Positions 38,217-47,756 are shown, numbered from the stretch's first letter. The stretch: 64,000 nt of DNA from Armatimonadota bacterium (GCA_029551395.1 JAKPFN010000089.1:6045-70044), one strand, 5' to 3'. Numbers and translations are program-made. The notes: generated from the letters alone by a model not told the origin.

Positions 38217-40295
38217 ATGCCGAAAGTCGATGTCAGAGAGAAACAGATTTACGTTGACGATACACCTGTTCCGATTATCTCCGGAGAGGTCCATTACTGG
38301 AGGCTGTCCCCGGACAGGTGGAGAGAGATACTTGAGCGGGTTCGGGAGATGGGGCTTCAGACCGTGGCAACCTATGTCTGTTGGGAATACCACGAGTATG
38401 AGCGCGGGAAGTTCGATTTTACAGGTGAAACAGAGCCTCAGCGGAACCTTGTAGCGTTTCTGGATCTGTTACAGGAAATGGGATTCTGGATAATCATCCG
38501 TCCCGGGCCTTATATCTACTCGGAATGGAAGAACGGAGGAGTGCCGGACTATATCGCACCGTTCCACAGGCTGTCAAACGAGTATCAGTCCGCTGCAAAG
38601 GTGTGGATGGAAGCAGTATCGCAGGTGCTGAAACCTTATCTTGTAACGAATGGCGGAAGAATCTTCCTGTTTCAGCCTGATAACGAGATAGACCTGTTTA
38701 CCCACTGGTTTGAAGATGAAATGGGCTTCAGGGGCAAGCCAGGTTTGTTCCAGCAGTTCCTCAAGGAGCGGTATGACACGGTTGATAAGCTGAACAAGGC
38801 TTGGGATAAGAATTACGAGTCGATAGACCAGGCAGAACCGGTCTCACGGGCGCACTTTATCCTAGATAGAGGCCACAGGGTAGCATTGCTCGACTACTGG
38901 AGGTTCGAACATTATCTGGTAGCTAAAGCTGTCAAATGGCATGTCGATACCTACCGCAAGTTTGGCATTGATGTCCCTATGTATCACAACTACTACTACG
39001 GCGGCGACGTGCAGAACCATCGTGAGATTGCCAAAGTGGTGGACTTCGTCGGAATAGATGTCTATCCCGGCAATGAGTTCGAACTGGAAGGCTATCCAAA
39101 GTCCCACAGCCTTTATATGAATATGCTCCGTTATCAGAGATCGATCTCGCCTATTCCATATATCGCAGAATTCGAGGCTGGTGTCTGGCATGGGCTTCAT
39201 GAAATGGCCGGAATCATTACTCCTAACCATTACAGGATAATGTGCATATCTGCTCTGGCTGCTGGTATGGCAGGCTGGAACTGGTACATGCTGGTCAACC
39301 GGGATAACTGGTACTTCTGCCCGATACAGGAGTGGGGAAGGATCAGGGGAGAGCTTTTCGAAGTCTTCCAGCGCATTACAAGCAACTATAATGAGATGAA
39401 CCCGCCGAAGCTAGATAAAATGACAGACACAACAGTGCTTATGGATCCGCTGCATATAGCTTCAATGCGGCATCTGCATACTGACCTTGTCCTTAAAGCG
39501 CTTTACGAAGCTGACATCGAGCATGAGACCTGGGACCCTGAGACAATGCGGTTCGAAAGGCCTCTTATGTTCTATTCAGGAGACCAGTGGCTTGCCAAAG
39601 CTGACCAGGAGAAGCTGCTGAAGTATGTCGAAAATGGCGGCAATCTCGTCTGCTTCAAGAACTATCCCAGGCTGGACGAGAATCAGCAGCCGTTGAATAT
39701 GCTTGGTATACTCGAACCAGCCCGTGTGCTTTCTCCGCTTGGTAAGCAATTGATAGTGACTCTTGGCGAGGAAACAGCACAGGCCGATGGAGCGGTTTTT
39801 GAATATGATGCAGTCAACCAGCAGGGGATTGAGTGGATTACTGCTGAACAGACTCTTGGCCCGCTTCAGGCAGTCGAAAACAGCGATATTCTGGCAATCA
39901 ACTACCAGGGGAAGAAGTTCACAGTTGGCTATGTGGAGCAGCGAGGAAAGGGGAAAATAGTCGTAATCGGGCTTGATCCCAATCCTGAACTGGTGCTGGC
40001 CGTCCACAGGTTCCTCGATGTTCCAACTTATGCCTGCGCAGATGCATCAGGAGTCCATACGTCGCTGCTCCGGGGTGATGATGCGTGGTATTTGGCAGCA
40101 TCGAACCTGGCTAAAGAGGAGAGAAAATCTCTGGTTGCTCTGGAAGGGCCTGGTACGCCTATAGGAGCCTGCCTTGTTACGGATATGTGGACAGGCGAGG
40201 TCGATGAGGTTGACATCGATGGCAGTATCCTCATTTCCCTCAATGGAAAAAGCGGAAATGTGTGGAAAATCGAGGTGAAAAACAGCGAAACATAA
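38217..40295 (+). CDS. Beta-galactosidase, glycoside hydrolase family 35-like
   Basis: N-terminal TIM-barrel region 'PIISGEVHYWRLSPDRWREILERVREMGLQTVATYVCWEYHEYERGKFDFTG...IIIRPGPYIYSEWKNGGVPDY' matches the GH35 consensus (HY.R...W...GLN...TYV.WN.HE...G.YDF.G...RPGPYICAEW..GG.P). 692 aa. No signal peptide. Confidence 0.7.
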   Translation: MPKVDVREKQIYVDDTPVPIISGEVHYWRLSPDRWREILERVREMGLQTVATYVCWEYHEYERGKFDFTGETEPQRNLVAFLDLLQEMGFWIIIRPGPYIYSEWKNGGVPDYIAPFHRLSNEYQSAAKVWMEAVSQVLKPYLVTNGGRIFLFQPDNEIDLFTHWFEDEMGFRGKPGLFQQFLKERYDTVDKLNKAWDKNYESIDQAEPVSRAHFILDRGHRVALLDYWRFEHYLVAKAVKWHVDTYRKFGIDVPMYHNYYYGGDVQNHREIAKVVDFVGIDVYPGNEFELEGYPKSHSLYMNMLRYQRSISPIPYIAEFEAGVWHGLHEMAGIITPNHYRIMCISALAAGMAGWNWYMLVNRDNWYFCPIQEWGRIRGELFEVFQRITSNYNEMNPPKLDKMTDTTVLMDPLHIASMRHLHTDLVLKALYEADIEHETWDPETMRFERPLMFYSGDQWLAKADQEKLLKYVENGGNLVCFKNYPRLDENQQPLNMLGILEPARVLSPLGKQLIVTLGEETAQADGAVFEYDAVNQQGIEWITAEQTLGPLQAVENSDILAINYQGKKFTVGYVEQRGKGKIVVIGLDPNPELVLAVHRFLDVPTYACADASGVHTSLLRGDDAWYLAASNLAKEERKSLVALEGPGTPIGACLVTDMWTGEVDEVDIDGSILISLNGKSGNVWKIEVKNSET

Positions 40296-40395
40296 AAAAC
40301 TTGAGACAGCGTGACACCTGAGGTCATACAAGGCCGATGCGTTTTAGCCATATTTAAGCTAGGGAAAGAGTAATATGGCATAGTATTCCGGTGCA

Positions 40396-40644
40396 ATGTA
40401 CCGGGTAAAGGAGGCATTGGTGATGACCTTTCAGGATATGACAATCACAGCTAAGGTCAAAGCGGCGTTAGCGCAGGCCGAAGATGTGAGCGCTATGGAT
40501 ATAGATGTAAATGTTAAGAATGGTGTTGTTACGCTCAAGGGCAATGTCAGCCGTGATGCCCATGACCGGGCAATTCAGGTAGCCAGGGGTGTAGACGGTG
40601 TAGTATCCGTCGAGGACAATCTCAACATAACATCATCAGCTTAA
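40396..40644 (+). CDS. BON domain-containing protein
   Basis: 'ITAKVKAALAQAEDVSAMDIDVNVKNGVVTLKGNVSRDAHDRAIQVARGVDGVVSVEDNL' is a classical BON domain. About 75 aa from Met 'MTFQDM'. Confidence 0.8.
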   Translation: MYRVKEALVMTFQDMTITAKVKAALAQAEDVSAMDIDVNVKNGVVTLKGNVSRDAHDRAIQVARGVDGVVSVEDNLNITSSA

Positions 40645-40653
40645 CGTGATAGA

Positions 40654-40700
40654 CAGGCCGCCCGATTGCAGCACAATCTGGCGGCCTTAATTGTTTTCTC
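40654..40700 (+). terminator. Rho-independent terminator after the BON gene
   Basis: 'AGGCCGCC'...'GGCGGCCT' stem followed by 'TAATTGTTTTCTC'. Confidence 0.6.
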
Positions 40701-40749
40701 TAACTCTTAGATTGCCTGGGATGTGTATCCCAGGTGCAGGTTTGGCGGT

Positions 40750-40945
40750 TATTCATCCGCCTATCTCTCGGGAGGGATTTGCCGTCTCTCGGGAGGAATT
40801 TGCCGTCTCTCGGGAGGAATTTGCAATTCCTCCCGGACATATTGCTGAGGGATCTGTGATCCCGGATGATTAACAAAAATACCAAGGAACGGGATTGCAA
40901 ATCCCTCTTTTGCTCTTCCGGGCTAAATTGCAAATTTAGCCCGAG
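40750..40945. repeat. Left arm of a ~200-bp imperfect inverted repeat bounding the 41-47.8 kb operon
   Basis: 'CCTCCCGGACATATTGCTGAGGGATCTGTGATCCCGGATGATTAAC(A)AAAATACCAAGGAACGGGATTGCAAATCCCT...CCGGGCTAAATTGCAAATTTAGCCCGAG' is the reverse complement of 47849..~48000. Contains 3 tandem 'TCTCGGGAGG(G/A)ATTTGC' units and the palindromes 'GGGATTGCAAATCCC' and 'CCGGGCTAAATTGCAAATTTAGCCCGG'. Confidence 0.85.
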
Positions 40946-41018
40946 TGTGAGTCGGCGCCACCATTATCGATCTTAGTCAGCTAAATTTTTCGGTTTTTGT
41001 CCATGCGGGTAGAATCGA

Positions 41019-41047
41019 GTTGACATCTGCTGCCGATAATAATATAT
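41019..41047 (+). promoter_or_regulatory. Candidate sigma70-type promoter for the NuoE/NuoF-GltD operon (followed by a ~315 nt leader)
   Basis: 'TTGACA'-17 nt-'TATATT' ('ttgacatctgctgccgataataatatatt'). Confidence 0.4.
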
Positions 41048-41232
41048 TGAAAGTACTAAGGAGCCGTCTTGTGAGGCAGGTTGACCTGTTCAACCTTCTC
41101 ATAAGATGACAAAACTGACCAAGAAGGAATAGGCAAAGGCAGCCTATAGCCGAGTGGCTGGTTGTTCTTGCAGTGTTGCACGGGACATAAAACCAATATC
41201 TTGGACCAATACCGCCTGCAGTAATCTCAGCA

Positions 41233-42261
41233 ATGGGGCTGAGCCGGATGGCAGACTCAGGTCTTAGACCTCAAACAACCTGCAAAGACACCGCAAAGCA
41301 TTTGTTTTGCACCAACCAGCCATATTCGACATTCCTGGCAGCGCAGCAAGGAGTAGAAGAAATGGTCTTAAATGTAGAGCCTTCGTGCAAGACATGCACC
41401 TGCCACGAGGAAGTGGATTTATCGCATGTCGAGAAGATTCTGGCCAAATACAACAATGACCGAGCCGAATTACTCTCGATTCTTGAGGAGGTTCAGGCCG
41501 ATTATGGCTATCTCCCGCAGAATGCACTTCGAATGGTGGCTGAAAGAACAGGCTCCTCGATGGTCGACGTTTTCGGCGTCGCCACTTTCTACCGCGCATT
41601 CAACCTCAAACCCCGAGGCAAACACTGCATCTCTGTGTGCATGGGAACAGCCTGTCATGTTAAAGGTGCGCCGAATGTAGTAAAAGAGTTCGAGCGTCAG
41701 CTTGGAATCTCTGTTGGCGAAACTACCCCAGACAACGAATTTACGCTTGAAACAGTCAATTGCCTTGGAGCAAGCGCACTGGGGCCAATCGTAATGGTTG
41801 ACGGGCATTATTTCTCCCATGTCACTCCCGCAAAAGTAAAGTGGCTCCTGTCAATGGTTCGTGCAGGACTTGATAAGGTCGATGTAAAGACTGATAGCCG
41901 GATAATCCACCTGGATGTGCTGTGTCCTCACTGCAATCAAAGTCTGATGGATTCTGTGCATCCAATAGACGGCTGCCCATCCATCCATACGACCATAACC
42001 TTTAACGGGGTTAGCGGTCATGCAAGATTGTCATCTCTTTATGGAAGTTACTCCATTCAATCAGAGCCTGATGCACCTGTGGGAACTACAGTTGACTTTT
42101 TCTGCCCATCGTGCAATAAAAAACTTACGACGACATCCAGATGTCCCGAATGTGGTGAGTTGATGGCATTGATGAGAGTAAGTGGGGGCGGTGTAGTACA
42201 AATCTGCACGCAGCGTGGATGTAAAGGGCATATACTAGACCTGAGTGAAATCGATATCTAA
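41233..42261 (+). CDS. NuoE/HoxE/HydC-like thioredoxin-fold [2Fe-2S] subunit with a C-terminal zinc-ribbon-like extension
   Basis: 'LSILEEVQADYGYLPQNALRMVAERTGSSMVDVFGVATFYRAFNLKPRGKHCISVCMGTACHVKGA...VNCLGASALGPIVMVDG' is the NuoE-family 2Fe-2S module. The C-terminal ~130 aa carry CxxC pairs ('CPHCNQ', 'CPSCNK', 'CPECGE'). The likely true start is ATG ~41363, with RBS 'AAGGAG' and Met 'MVLNVEPS'. Confidence 0.75.
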   Translation: MGLSRMADSGLRPQTTCKDTAKHLFCTNQPYSTFLAAQQGVEEMVLNVEPSCKTCTCHEEVDLSHVEKILAKYNNDRAELLSILEEVQADYGYLPQNALRMVAERTGSSMVDVFGVATFYRAFNLKPRGKHCISVCMGTACHVKGAPNVVKEFERQLGISVGETTPDNEFTLETVNCLGASALGPIVMVDGHYFSHVTPAKVKWLLSMVRAGLDKVDVKTDSRIIHLDVLCPHCNQSLMDSVHPIDGCPSIHTTITFNGVSGHARLSSLYGSYSIQSEPDAPVGTTVDFFCPSCNKKLTTTSRCPECGELMALMRVSGGGVVQICTQRGCKGHILDLSEIDI

Positions 42262-42314
42262 CAGCCACGGTGAAATAGTCAAGCTTTATTGGGCATAAGA
42301 AGGAATGGATAAGA

Positions 42315-45300
42315 TTGATGGAAAGACTGACTTCCGTTGAGGAGTTTCGGACACTGCAGAGTCGCGTCATTGCAGCTTTAGACCCTACAGTTCCTACCAT
42401 AGTTATCCCGGCCGGCACTTGCGGACAGGCTAGCGGTGCGAGTGATCTGATCAGAGTCGCAAAACGTTATCTCTTGGAAAAACGTTTAACTGATAAGGTT
42501 CGCTTGCGCATCACTGGATGTCATGGGTTCTGCGAAATGGAACCTTCCGTGCTTATCGAACCGCAAAAAACATTCTACCCTCGGGTAAGCATGAGAGATG
42601 TCTCCCGGATCATAGATGCCGCTGTAGAGGGAAAGGTGATCGAAGAACTCCTTTTTGTAGATCCAACGACCGGGGAACGGATTCGCAAGCAAAGTGATAT
42701 CCCATTTTTCAAAAAACAGTTCCGTTTGTTGATGGAAAGAAATGAGCGGGTAGACCCAAGACGGATTTTGGACTATATAGAGTCTGGTGGATATACAGCG
42801 CTGGCAGAGGTACTTGCAGAACGTGATCCTGAATGGGTTGTGTCCGAGGTCAAAGCGTCTGGACTGAGAGGCCGCGGCGGAGCTGGATTTCCTACGGGGA
42901 TTAAATGGGAAATGCTGGCAAAGCAGCCGAGCGATAAAGGCAAATTCATCGTGTGTAATGCTGATGAAGGCGACCCAGGAGCCTACATGGACCGCAGTAT
43001 CCTCGAAGGCAACCCACACAGCATCATTGAAGGGATGATCATTGGAGCTTTTGCGACTGGTGCGACTGATGGGATCATATATGTGTGCTGCGAGTTTCCT
43101 CTGGCTATTAAACATATTGGTATGGCATTGGAACAGGCGTATGAACTCGGGCTGCTGGGTGAAAACATTTTAGGCGCCGGTTTCTCCTTTAATATGACTA
43201 TGGTTAAAGGCGCTGGGGCATTCGTCTGCGGCGAAGAAACCGCCATGATCCACTCTATCGAAGGTTATACCGGCGAGCCAAGGCAAAGACCTCCATTTCC
43301 CATCCAAAAAGGAATAAACGGCAAGCCTACTGCCATTAATAATGTCGAGACATGGGCCAATATCCCGATTATCATCAGGGATGGCGCAAAAGCTTATGCC
43401 AGTATCGGCACTCCAAACAATTCCGGTACAAAAATCTTTAGCTTGGTCGGCAAGGTCAAACACACCGGGCTTGTTGAGATGCCTATGGGTACCACAATCG
43501 GAGAGATTGTATATAACGTAGGCGGTGGAGCTGTTGGCAACAGCGAAATCAAGGCTGTGCAGACTGGCGGGCCTTCAGGTGGATGTATTCCAGCAAGCAG
43601 CTTCGATCTTCCTGTAGATTATGATACGCTGGCTAAGTTCGGTTCGATTATGGGGTCTGGCGGCATGATCGTCATGGATGAAGATACGTGTATGGTCGAT
43701 GTTGCCAAATACTTCATGAACTTCCTGAAGAATGAGTCCTGCGGCAAGTGCTTTACCTGCCGTAAAGGCACTCAGCGGATGTATGAACTGCTGGAAGATA
43801 TTACTCTGGGAGCAGGTACTCCTGAAAGTATAGCTCTTTTGGAAGAACTTGCGTATGTAGTCAAAGACACGACGATGTGCGGTCTAGGGCAGTCGGCATC
43901 GAATTCCGTTTTGAGTTCGCTTAGGCATTTCCGCAATGAATATGAACAGCATGTAGTTGAAGGAAAATGCCCCTCTTATGTATGCAAGGATTTGGTAGGG
44001 GTGCCTTGTCAGACTGCCTGTCCGGTAGGGACTGAAATCTGGCGGTATATTGCGCAGATAGAGCACAAAAATTATGTAGATGCGTATAAAACAATACGTG
44101 AGTCTAACCCATTTCCATCGGTATGTGCTCGAGTGTGCAATCATCCGTGTGAAGACAGATGCAAATCCGGCACAAGCGGCGGGCAGCCAATCAATATCAG
44201 GGCTTTGACGAGGTTCGTTACCGATAATGTCGACCCAGGCGTTTATAAACCGGTAATTGAGCCACAGTTTGGAGATAAACATCCTCAGGTTGCTGTTGTT
44301 GGCGGAGGGCCAGCCGGACTGACAGCCGCGCATTATCTTTCTTTGAAAGGCTGCAAGGTTACTATCTTCGAGCAGGAATCTGAGCTTGGAGGAATGCTTC
44401 TTTCCGTAATACCGGAATACAAGCTGCCAGGAGAGGTTCTAAAATCGGAGATTGCCTCTTTGCTTAACGATAACATCACGCTCAAATACGGCACAGTGCT
44501 TGGGCGAGACATCACTGTTGATGGCTTGTTGAAAGACAACTTCGATGCTGTGTTCCTGAGTTTCGGTGCTCATAATAGTTCTGGGCTGCAATCGGACATT
44601 AAGGATATTCAAGGCGTTTATCCATTGCTGGATTATGTTAAGTCGGTAAATCTGAGAGGCGAAAACCTTGCTATTGGTAAGGTTGGCATCATTGGAGGAA
44701 GCGTTTCTGCTATTGATGCTGCCCGGACAGCCATCAGGTCGGCTAAAGCTGAGAGCGTAACGGTCTTTTATCAAGGGACGCGCGAAGATATGCTGGCAGC
44801 GAAAGATGAAATCGATGCTGCCATCGAAGAAGGTGTCAGTATTGAAACTCTGGTGTCTGTTGAAGAGATCCTCTCTCAAGACGGCAAGTTGGCAGGGGCC
44901 AGGATAGTTAAAAGCAGACTTGGAGACTTCGATTCGGATGGCCGAAGAAGACTTAAGCCGATTGCAGGGAGTGAACAAAAGGTAGATTTGGACACTCTCA
45001 TCATAACCGCATCGGAATCTCCAGATGTGGAATGTTTGCTGAGTAATAGTCATCTAAGCATCGATCTCAATGCTGACGGGACTATAAAAGTGGATGTTGG
45101 AACACTTGCTGCCAGTATTCCCGGTGTCTTTGCTGGAGGTGATATAACCGGCCAGGTTAGCGTCATCGATGCAATCGCAGCAGGAAAAAGAGCTGCTGAG
45201 TCTATTAGCTGTTACCTGCAAGGTAAAGTATATAAACCATCAACTGGTATCCAACTGCCGCAGGTTTTTATAGAACCAAACAGATCTGAAGAAGATGCAA

Positions 45301-45467
45301 GCGGACAAAGCGCCCGGGTCAAGCTTCCAAAGATCGATGTCAGTGAGCGACGTGGAAACTTCAAGGAAGTCGAGATTTCGCTTACACCGGAAAACGCTCT
45401 AAAAGAAGCCGGAAGATGCCTGAGGTGTGATCTGGACTTCTTCAAGTGCAAAGAGTGCCAGGAGTAA
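42315..45467 (+). CDS. Fusion protein: NuoF-like NADH-binding FMN/[4Fe-4S] flavoprotein module + GltD/NfnB-like [4Fe-4S]x2 FAD/NAD(P)H oxidoreductase module
   Basis: N-terminal half: 'GLRGRGGAGFPTGIKWE' (NuoF NADH/FMN site), 'ESCGKCFTCRKGTQRM' (NuoF 4Fe-4S), SLBB-like region. C-terminal half: 'CPSYVCKDLVGVPCQTACPVGTEIWRY...VCARVCNHPCEDRCK' (GltD/DPD-type N-terminal Fe-S domain), 'VAVVGGGPAGLTAAHYL' (FAD), 'VGIIGGSVSAIDAARTA' (NAD(P)H), 'GVFAGGDI'. 1050 aa. The start is more likely ATG 42318. Confidence 0.8.
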   Translation: MMERLTSVEEFRTLQSRVIAALDPTVPTIVIPAGTCGQASGASDLIRVAKRYLLEKRLTDKVRLRITGCHGFCEMEPSVLIEPQKTFYPRVSMRDVSRIIDAAVEGKVIEELLFVDPTTGERIRKQSDIPFFKKQFRLLMERNERVDPRRILDYIESGGYTALAEVLAERDPEWVVSEVKASGLRGRGGAGFPTGIKWEMLAKQPSDKGKFIVCNADEGDPGAYMDRSILEGNPHSIIEGMIIGAFATGATDGIIYVCCEFPLAIKHIGMALEQAYELGLLGENILGAGFSFNMTMVKGAGAFVCGEETAMIHSIEGYTGEPRQRPPFPIQKGINGKPTAINNVETWANIPIIIRDGAKAYASIGTPNNSGTKIFSLVGKVKHTGLVEMPMGTTIGEIVYNVGGGAVGNSEIKAVQTGGPSGGCIPASSFDLPVDYDTLAKFGSIMGSGGMIVMDEDTCMVDVAKYFMNFLKNESCGKCFTCRKGTQRMYELLEDITLGAGTPESIALLEELAYVVKDTTMCGLGQSASNSVLSSLRHFRNEYEQHVVEGKCPSYVCKDLVGVPCQTACPVGTEIWRYIAQIEHKNYVDAYKTIRESNPFPSVCARVCNHPCEDRCKSGTSGGQPINIRALTRFVTDNVDPGVYKPVIEPQFGDKHPQVAVVGGGPAGLTAAHYLSLKGCKVTIFEQESELGGMLLSVIPEYKLPGEVLKSEIASLLNDNITLKYGTVLGRDITVDGLLKDNFDAVFLSFGAHNSSGLQSDIKDIQGVYPLLDYVKSVNLRGENLAIGKVGIIGGSVSAIDAARTAIRSAKAESVTVFYQGTREDMLAAKDEIDAAIEEGVSIETLVSVEEILSQDGKLAGARIVKSRLGDFDSDGRRRLKPIAGSEQKVDLDTLIITASESPDVECLLSNSHLSIDLNADGTIKVDVGTLAASIPGVFAGGDITGQVSVIDAIAAGKRAAESISCYLQGKVYKPSTGIQLPQVFIEPNRSEEDASGQSARVKLPKIDVSERRGNFKEVEISLTPENALKEAGRCLRCDLDFFKCKECQE

Positions 45468-46153
45468 TGAGTATGGTCAACTTTGTTTTAAACGGTTTGC
45501 CTGTTAGTGTTGAGAAAGGATCGACAATACTGGAAGCCGCGCAGTTTTATGGTTTTCCTATTCCAACGTTATGTCACATGGAAGGACTTTCGCCGTACGG
45601 TGCGTGCCGTCTTTGCGTAGTAGAGATAGGCGAAGGACCAAGGGCCAAGCTTGTTACATCCTGTACTTATCCGGTTGAGGAAGGCCTGAAGGTGCGAACT
45701 GCCTCAGAGAGAGTGATTAAAGCACGGAGGATGGTCATAGAGCTTCTTTTGGCTTCGTGCCCGCAGTCTAAAACAATACAAGACCTTGCCTCCGCGCATG
45801 GAGTGAGACAGCAGCGCTTCAGGCAGGAATATGAAGACTGCATACTGTGCGGACGCTGCATACGGATGTGCAAAGAACAGATGATGGCAAAAGCTATAGG
45901 TTTCAGGGGCCGTGGCGAAGGAAGGTCCATCGGTACTCCCTTTGATATGAAGAGTGAACAGTGCAGGCAGTGTGGCGGCTGCATCTATGTATGCCCTGCC
46001 TGCCAGTTGAGATGCACTTACACCGAGCCGGAGAAAGCGGTGTGCGGTGGATGCGCGAATCTGACACCTCCTTGTGTCGAGAAAGATTCGTTTGATGATA
46101 TGATGTGTTATATGAACCCATGTGTAGCTTGTGAAATCAAGAAGGACCTGTAA
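45446..46153 (+). CDS. Ferredoxin subunit: 2Fe-2S (NuoG/HydA N-terminal type) + two [4Fe-4S] motifs
   Basis: 'VNFVLNGLPVSVEKGSTILEAAQFYGFPIPTLCH...GACRLCVVEI' (Fer2_4-like 2Fe-2S), 'CILCGRCIRMC' and 'CRQCGGCIYVCPAC' (4Fe-4S). The start is probably the internal Met 'MSMVNF' overlapping the upstream stop. Confidence 0.75.
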   Translation: MQRVPGVMSMVNFVLNGLPVSVEKGSTILEAAQFYGFPIPTLCHMEGLSPYGACRLCVVEIGEGPRAKLVTSCTYPVEEGLKVRTASERVIKARRMVIELLLASCPQSKTIQDLASAHGVRQQRFRQEYEDCILCGRCIRMCKEQMMAKAIGFRGRGEGRSIGTPFDMKSEQCRQCGGCIYVCPACQLRCTYTEPEKAVCGGCANLTPPCVEKDSFDDMMCYMNPCVACEIKKDL

Positions 46154-47756
46154 GGAGTCAAATGATATGGCGACAGCTTTCTCGAGGGTGAATGCTTCAG
46201 CAGCGACCCTTACCAAGAATCGAACTGAAGGATCAGTATCTTCCATCTCAGGTATGTGCGTGACCTGCGTAGATGGCTGCATCGGTATGTGCGAGATTGG
46301 AAAGTCCGCATACAGGGGCCATGAGGTTATTTATCCGCAGCCGTTTGGTGTTATTACGACTGCTGCTGAAAAGACCTACCCTGTTGACTACTCGCATTTT
46401 AACATAATGGGCACCGCAGTCGGGGCTGTTGGTATTGAGGCCGATAGTGACAAGGCTATATTCCCGAACGTTGACCTTTCGGTCCGATTCGGTCATGACG
46501 GCGGCATTAAGTTCAAACTGCCAATGATTATCCCTGGAATTGGCTCAACGAATATCGCCAAGAATAACTGGGAAGGATTAGCGATCGGTTCGGCGCTTGC
46601 AGGAACAGGTCTGACTATCGGTGAGAATGTTGTAGGTATGGATCCGCAGTCCGTAATCAAAAACGGACGTGTGGTTGATACCGTAGACCTGAAGCGCAGG
46701 GTCAAACTCTTCAAAGACTACCAGCGGGATGGCTGGGGAGAGATAGTTGTTCAGGCTAATGTAGAGGATACAAGGCTTGGAGGCCAGGAATACGCTATAC
46801 AGGAGCTCGGCGTTAGAGTTGTTGAGATGAAATGGGGCCAGGGCGCAAAGGACATCGGCGGCGAGGTCAAAATAAACGACCTGAAGAAGGCCCAACTGCT
46901 TTACGAGCGCGGTTATGTAGTCATACCGAATCCGACTGACCCGAATGTGATTAAAGCATTCGAGCAAGGCGCTTTCAAGGAGTTCGAGCGGCACTCGAGA
47001 GTCGGAATGATCTCTGAAGAGAGCTTTGCAAAGAGGGTGGAGGAACTGCGTAAGGCTGGTGCGAAGTATATCTTCCTGAAGACCGGTGCTTACAGACCTG
47101 CAGACCTTGCCAGAGCTATTGCATGGGCATCCAAATATAAGCTTGACCTGCTGACAGTTGATGGCGCAGGCGGTGGAACCGGTATGAGTCCGTGGAGGAT
47201 GATGAACGAGTGGGGAGTCCCGCCGGTTGAGCTTCATTCATTGCTTTATCAGTTTGCCAAGCGGCTTGCGGACAAGGGGAGGTATCTCCCGGCTTTTGCT
47301 GTTGCAGGTGGATTCACCTTCGAAGACCAGATATTCAAAGGTCTGGCAATGGGCGCTCCATTCGTGAAGCTGGTTGGAATGGCCCGAGGTCCTATTGCCT
47401 CTGCAATGGTAGGAAAGACCATCGGCAGAAGTATGGATGACGGTCAGCTTCCGGTGTATGTGGAGCGATTCGGCACGACCAGGGATGAGATTTTCGTCAC
47501 GGCAGCACATCTCAGGCAGGAACTTGGAGATGATGAGTTCGAAAAGCTGCCTACTGGTGCTCTTGGGCTTTACACCTATTATGAAAGGCTTGCCCAGGGA
47601 CTCCGCCAGTTGATGTGTGGAAGCCGGAAGTTCGCACTGGAGCACATCAGCCGAAACGATATTGCTGCTCTCACCCCGGAGGCATCAAAGGTCAGTGGTA
47701 TCCAGTACATAATGCACGTTGACGAGGACGAGGTAGACCAAATCCTCGACGCGTAG
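46131..47756 (+). CDS. Glutamate synthase large-subunit FMN-binding central domain ('GltB domain 2', PF01645-like) as a stand-alone subunit
   Basis: 541 aa. N-terminal Cys cluster 'CVTCVDGCIGMCE'. TIM-barrel FMN region 'KFKLPMIIPGIGSTN...GENVVGMDPQ', 'LLTVDGAGGGTGMSPWRMMNEWGVP', 'FAVAGGFTFEDQIFKGLAMGAPFVKLVGMARG'. No glutamine amidotransferase domain in the cluster. Confidence 0.7.
   Translation: MKSRRTCKESNDMATAFSRVNASAATLTKNRTEGSVSSISGMCVTCVDGCIGMCEIGKSAYRGHEVIYPQPFGVITTAAEKTYPVDYSHFNIMGTAVGAVGIEADSDKAIFPNVDLSVRFGHDGGIKFKLPMIIPGIGSTNIAKNNWEGLAIGSALAGTGLTIGENVVGMDPQSVIKNGRVVDTVDLKRRVKLFKDYQRDGWGEIVVQANVEDTRLGGQEYAIQELGVRVVEMKWGQGAKDIGGEVKINDLKKAQLLYERGYVVIPNPTDPNVIKAFEQGAFKEFERHSRVGMISEESFAKRVEELRKAGAKYIFLKTGAYRPADLARAIAWASKYKLDLLTVDGAGGGTGMSPWRMMNEWGVPPVELHSLLYQFAKRLADKGRYLPAFAVAGGFTFEDQIFKGLAMGAPFVKLVGMARGPIASAMVGKTIGRSMDDGQLPVYVERFGTTRDEIFVTAAHLRQELGDDEFEKLPTGALGLYTYYERLAQGLRQLMCGSRKFALEHISRNDIAALTPEASKVSGIQYIMHVDEDEVDQILDA

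Noticed and set aside
40691-40933. Small ORFs 40691..40873 (+) and 40700..40933 (-) with repetitive 'SREEFAVSREEFA' peptides
   Set aside because: They lie entirely within the left inverted repeat and reflect its 20-bp tandem units. Not credible genes.
41233-41362. N-terminal 43-aa extension of the NuoE-like ORF from the upstream ATG
   Set aside because: No Shine-Dalgarno precedes 41233, whereas ATG ~41363 has a strong 'AAGGAG' RBS and gives a canonical NuoE-family N-terminus. The extension is kept in the feature span but probably untranslated.
45440-45725. Apparent 1-nt frame inconsistency between my reading of the sequence and the ORF track around the NuoF::GltD stop and ferredoxin start
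   Set aside because: Most likely a transcription or counting error on my side rather than a real frameshift, since the track shows an uninterrupted 235-aa ORF. Flagged only as a coordinate caveat (+/-1-2 nt for hand-placed features).
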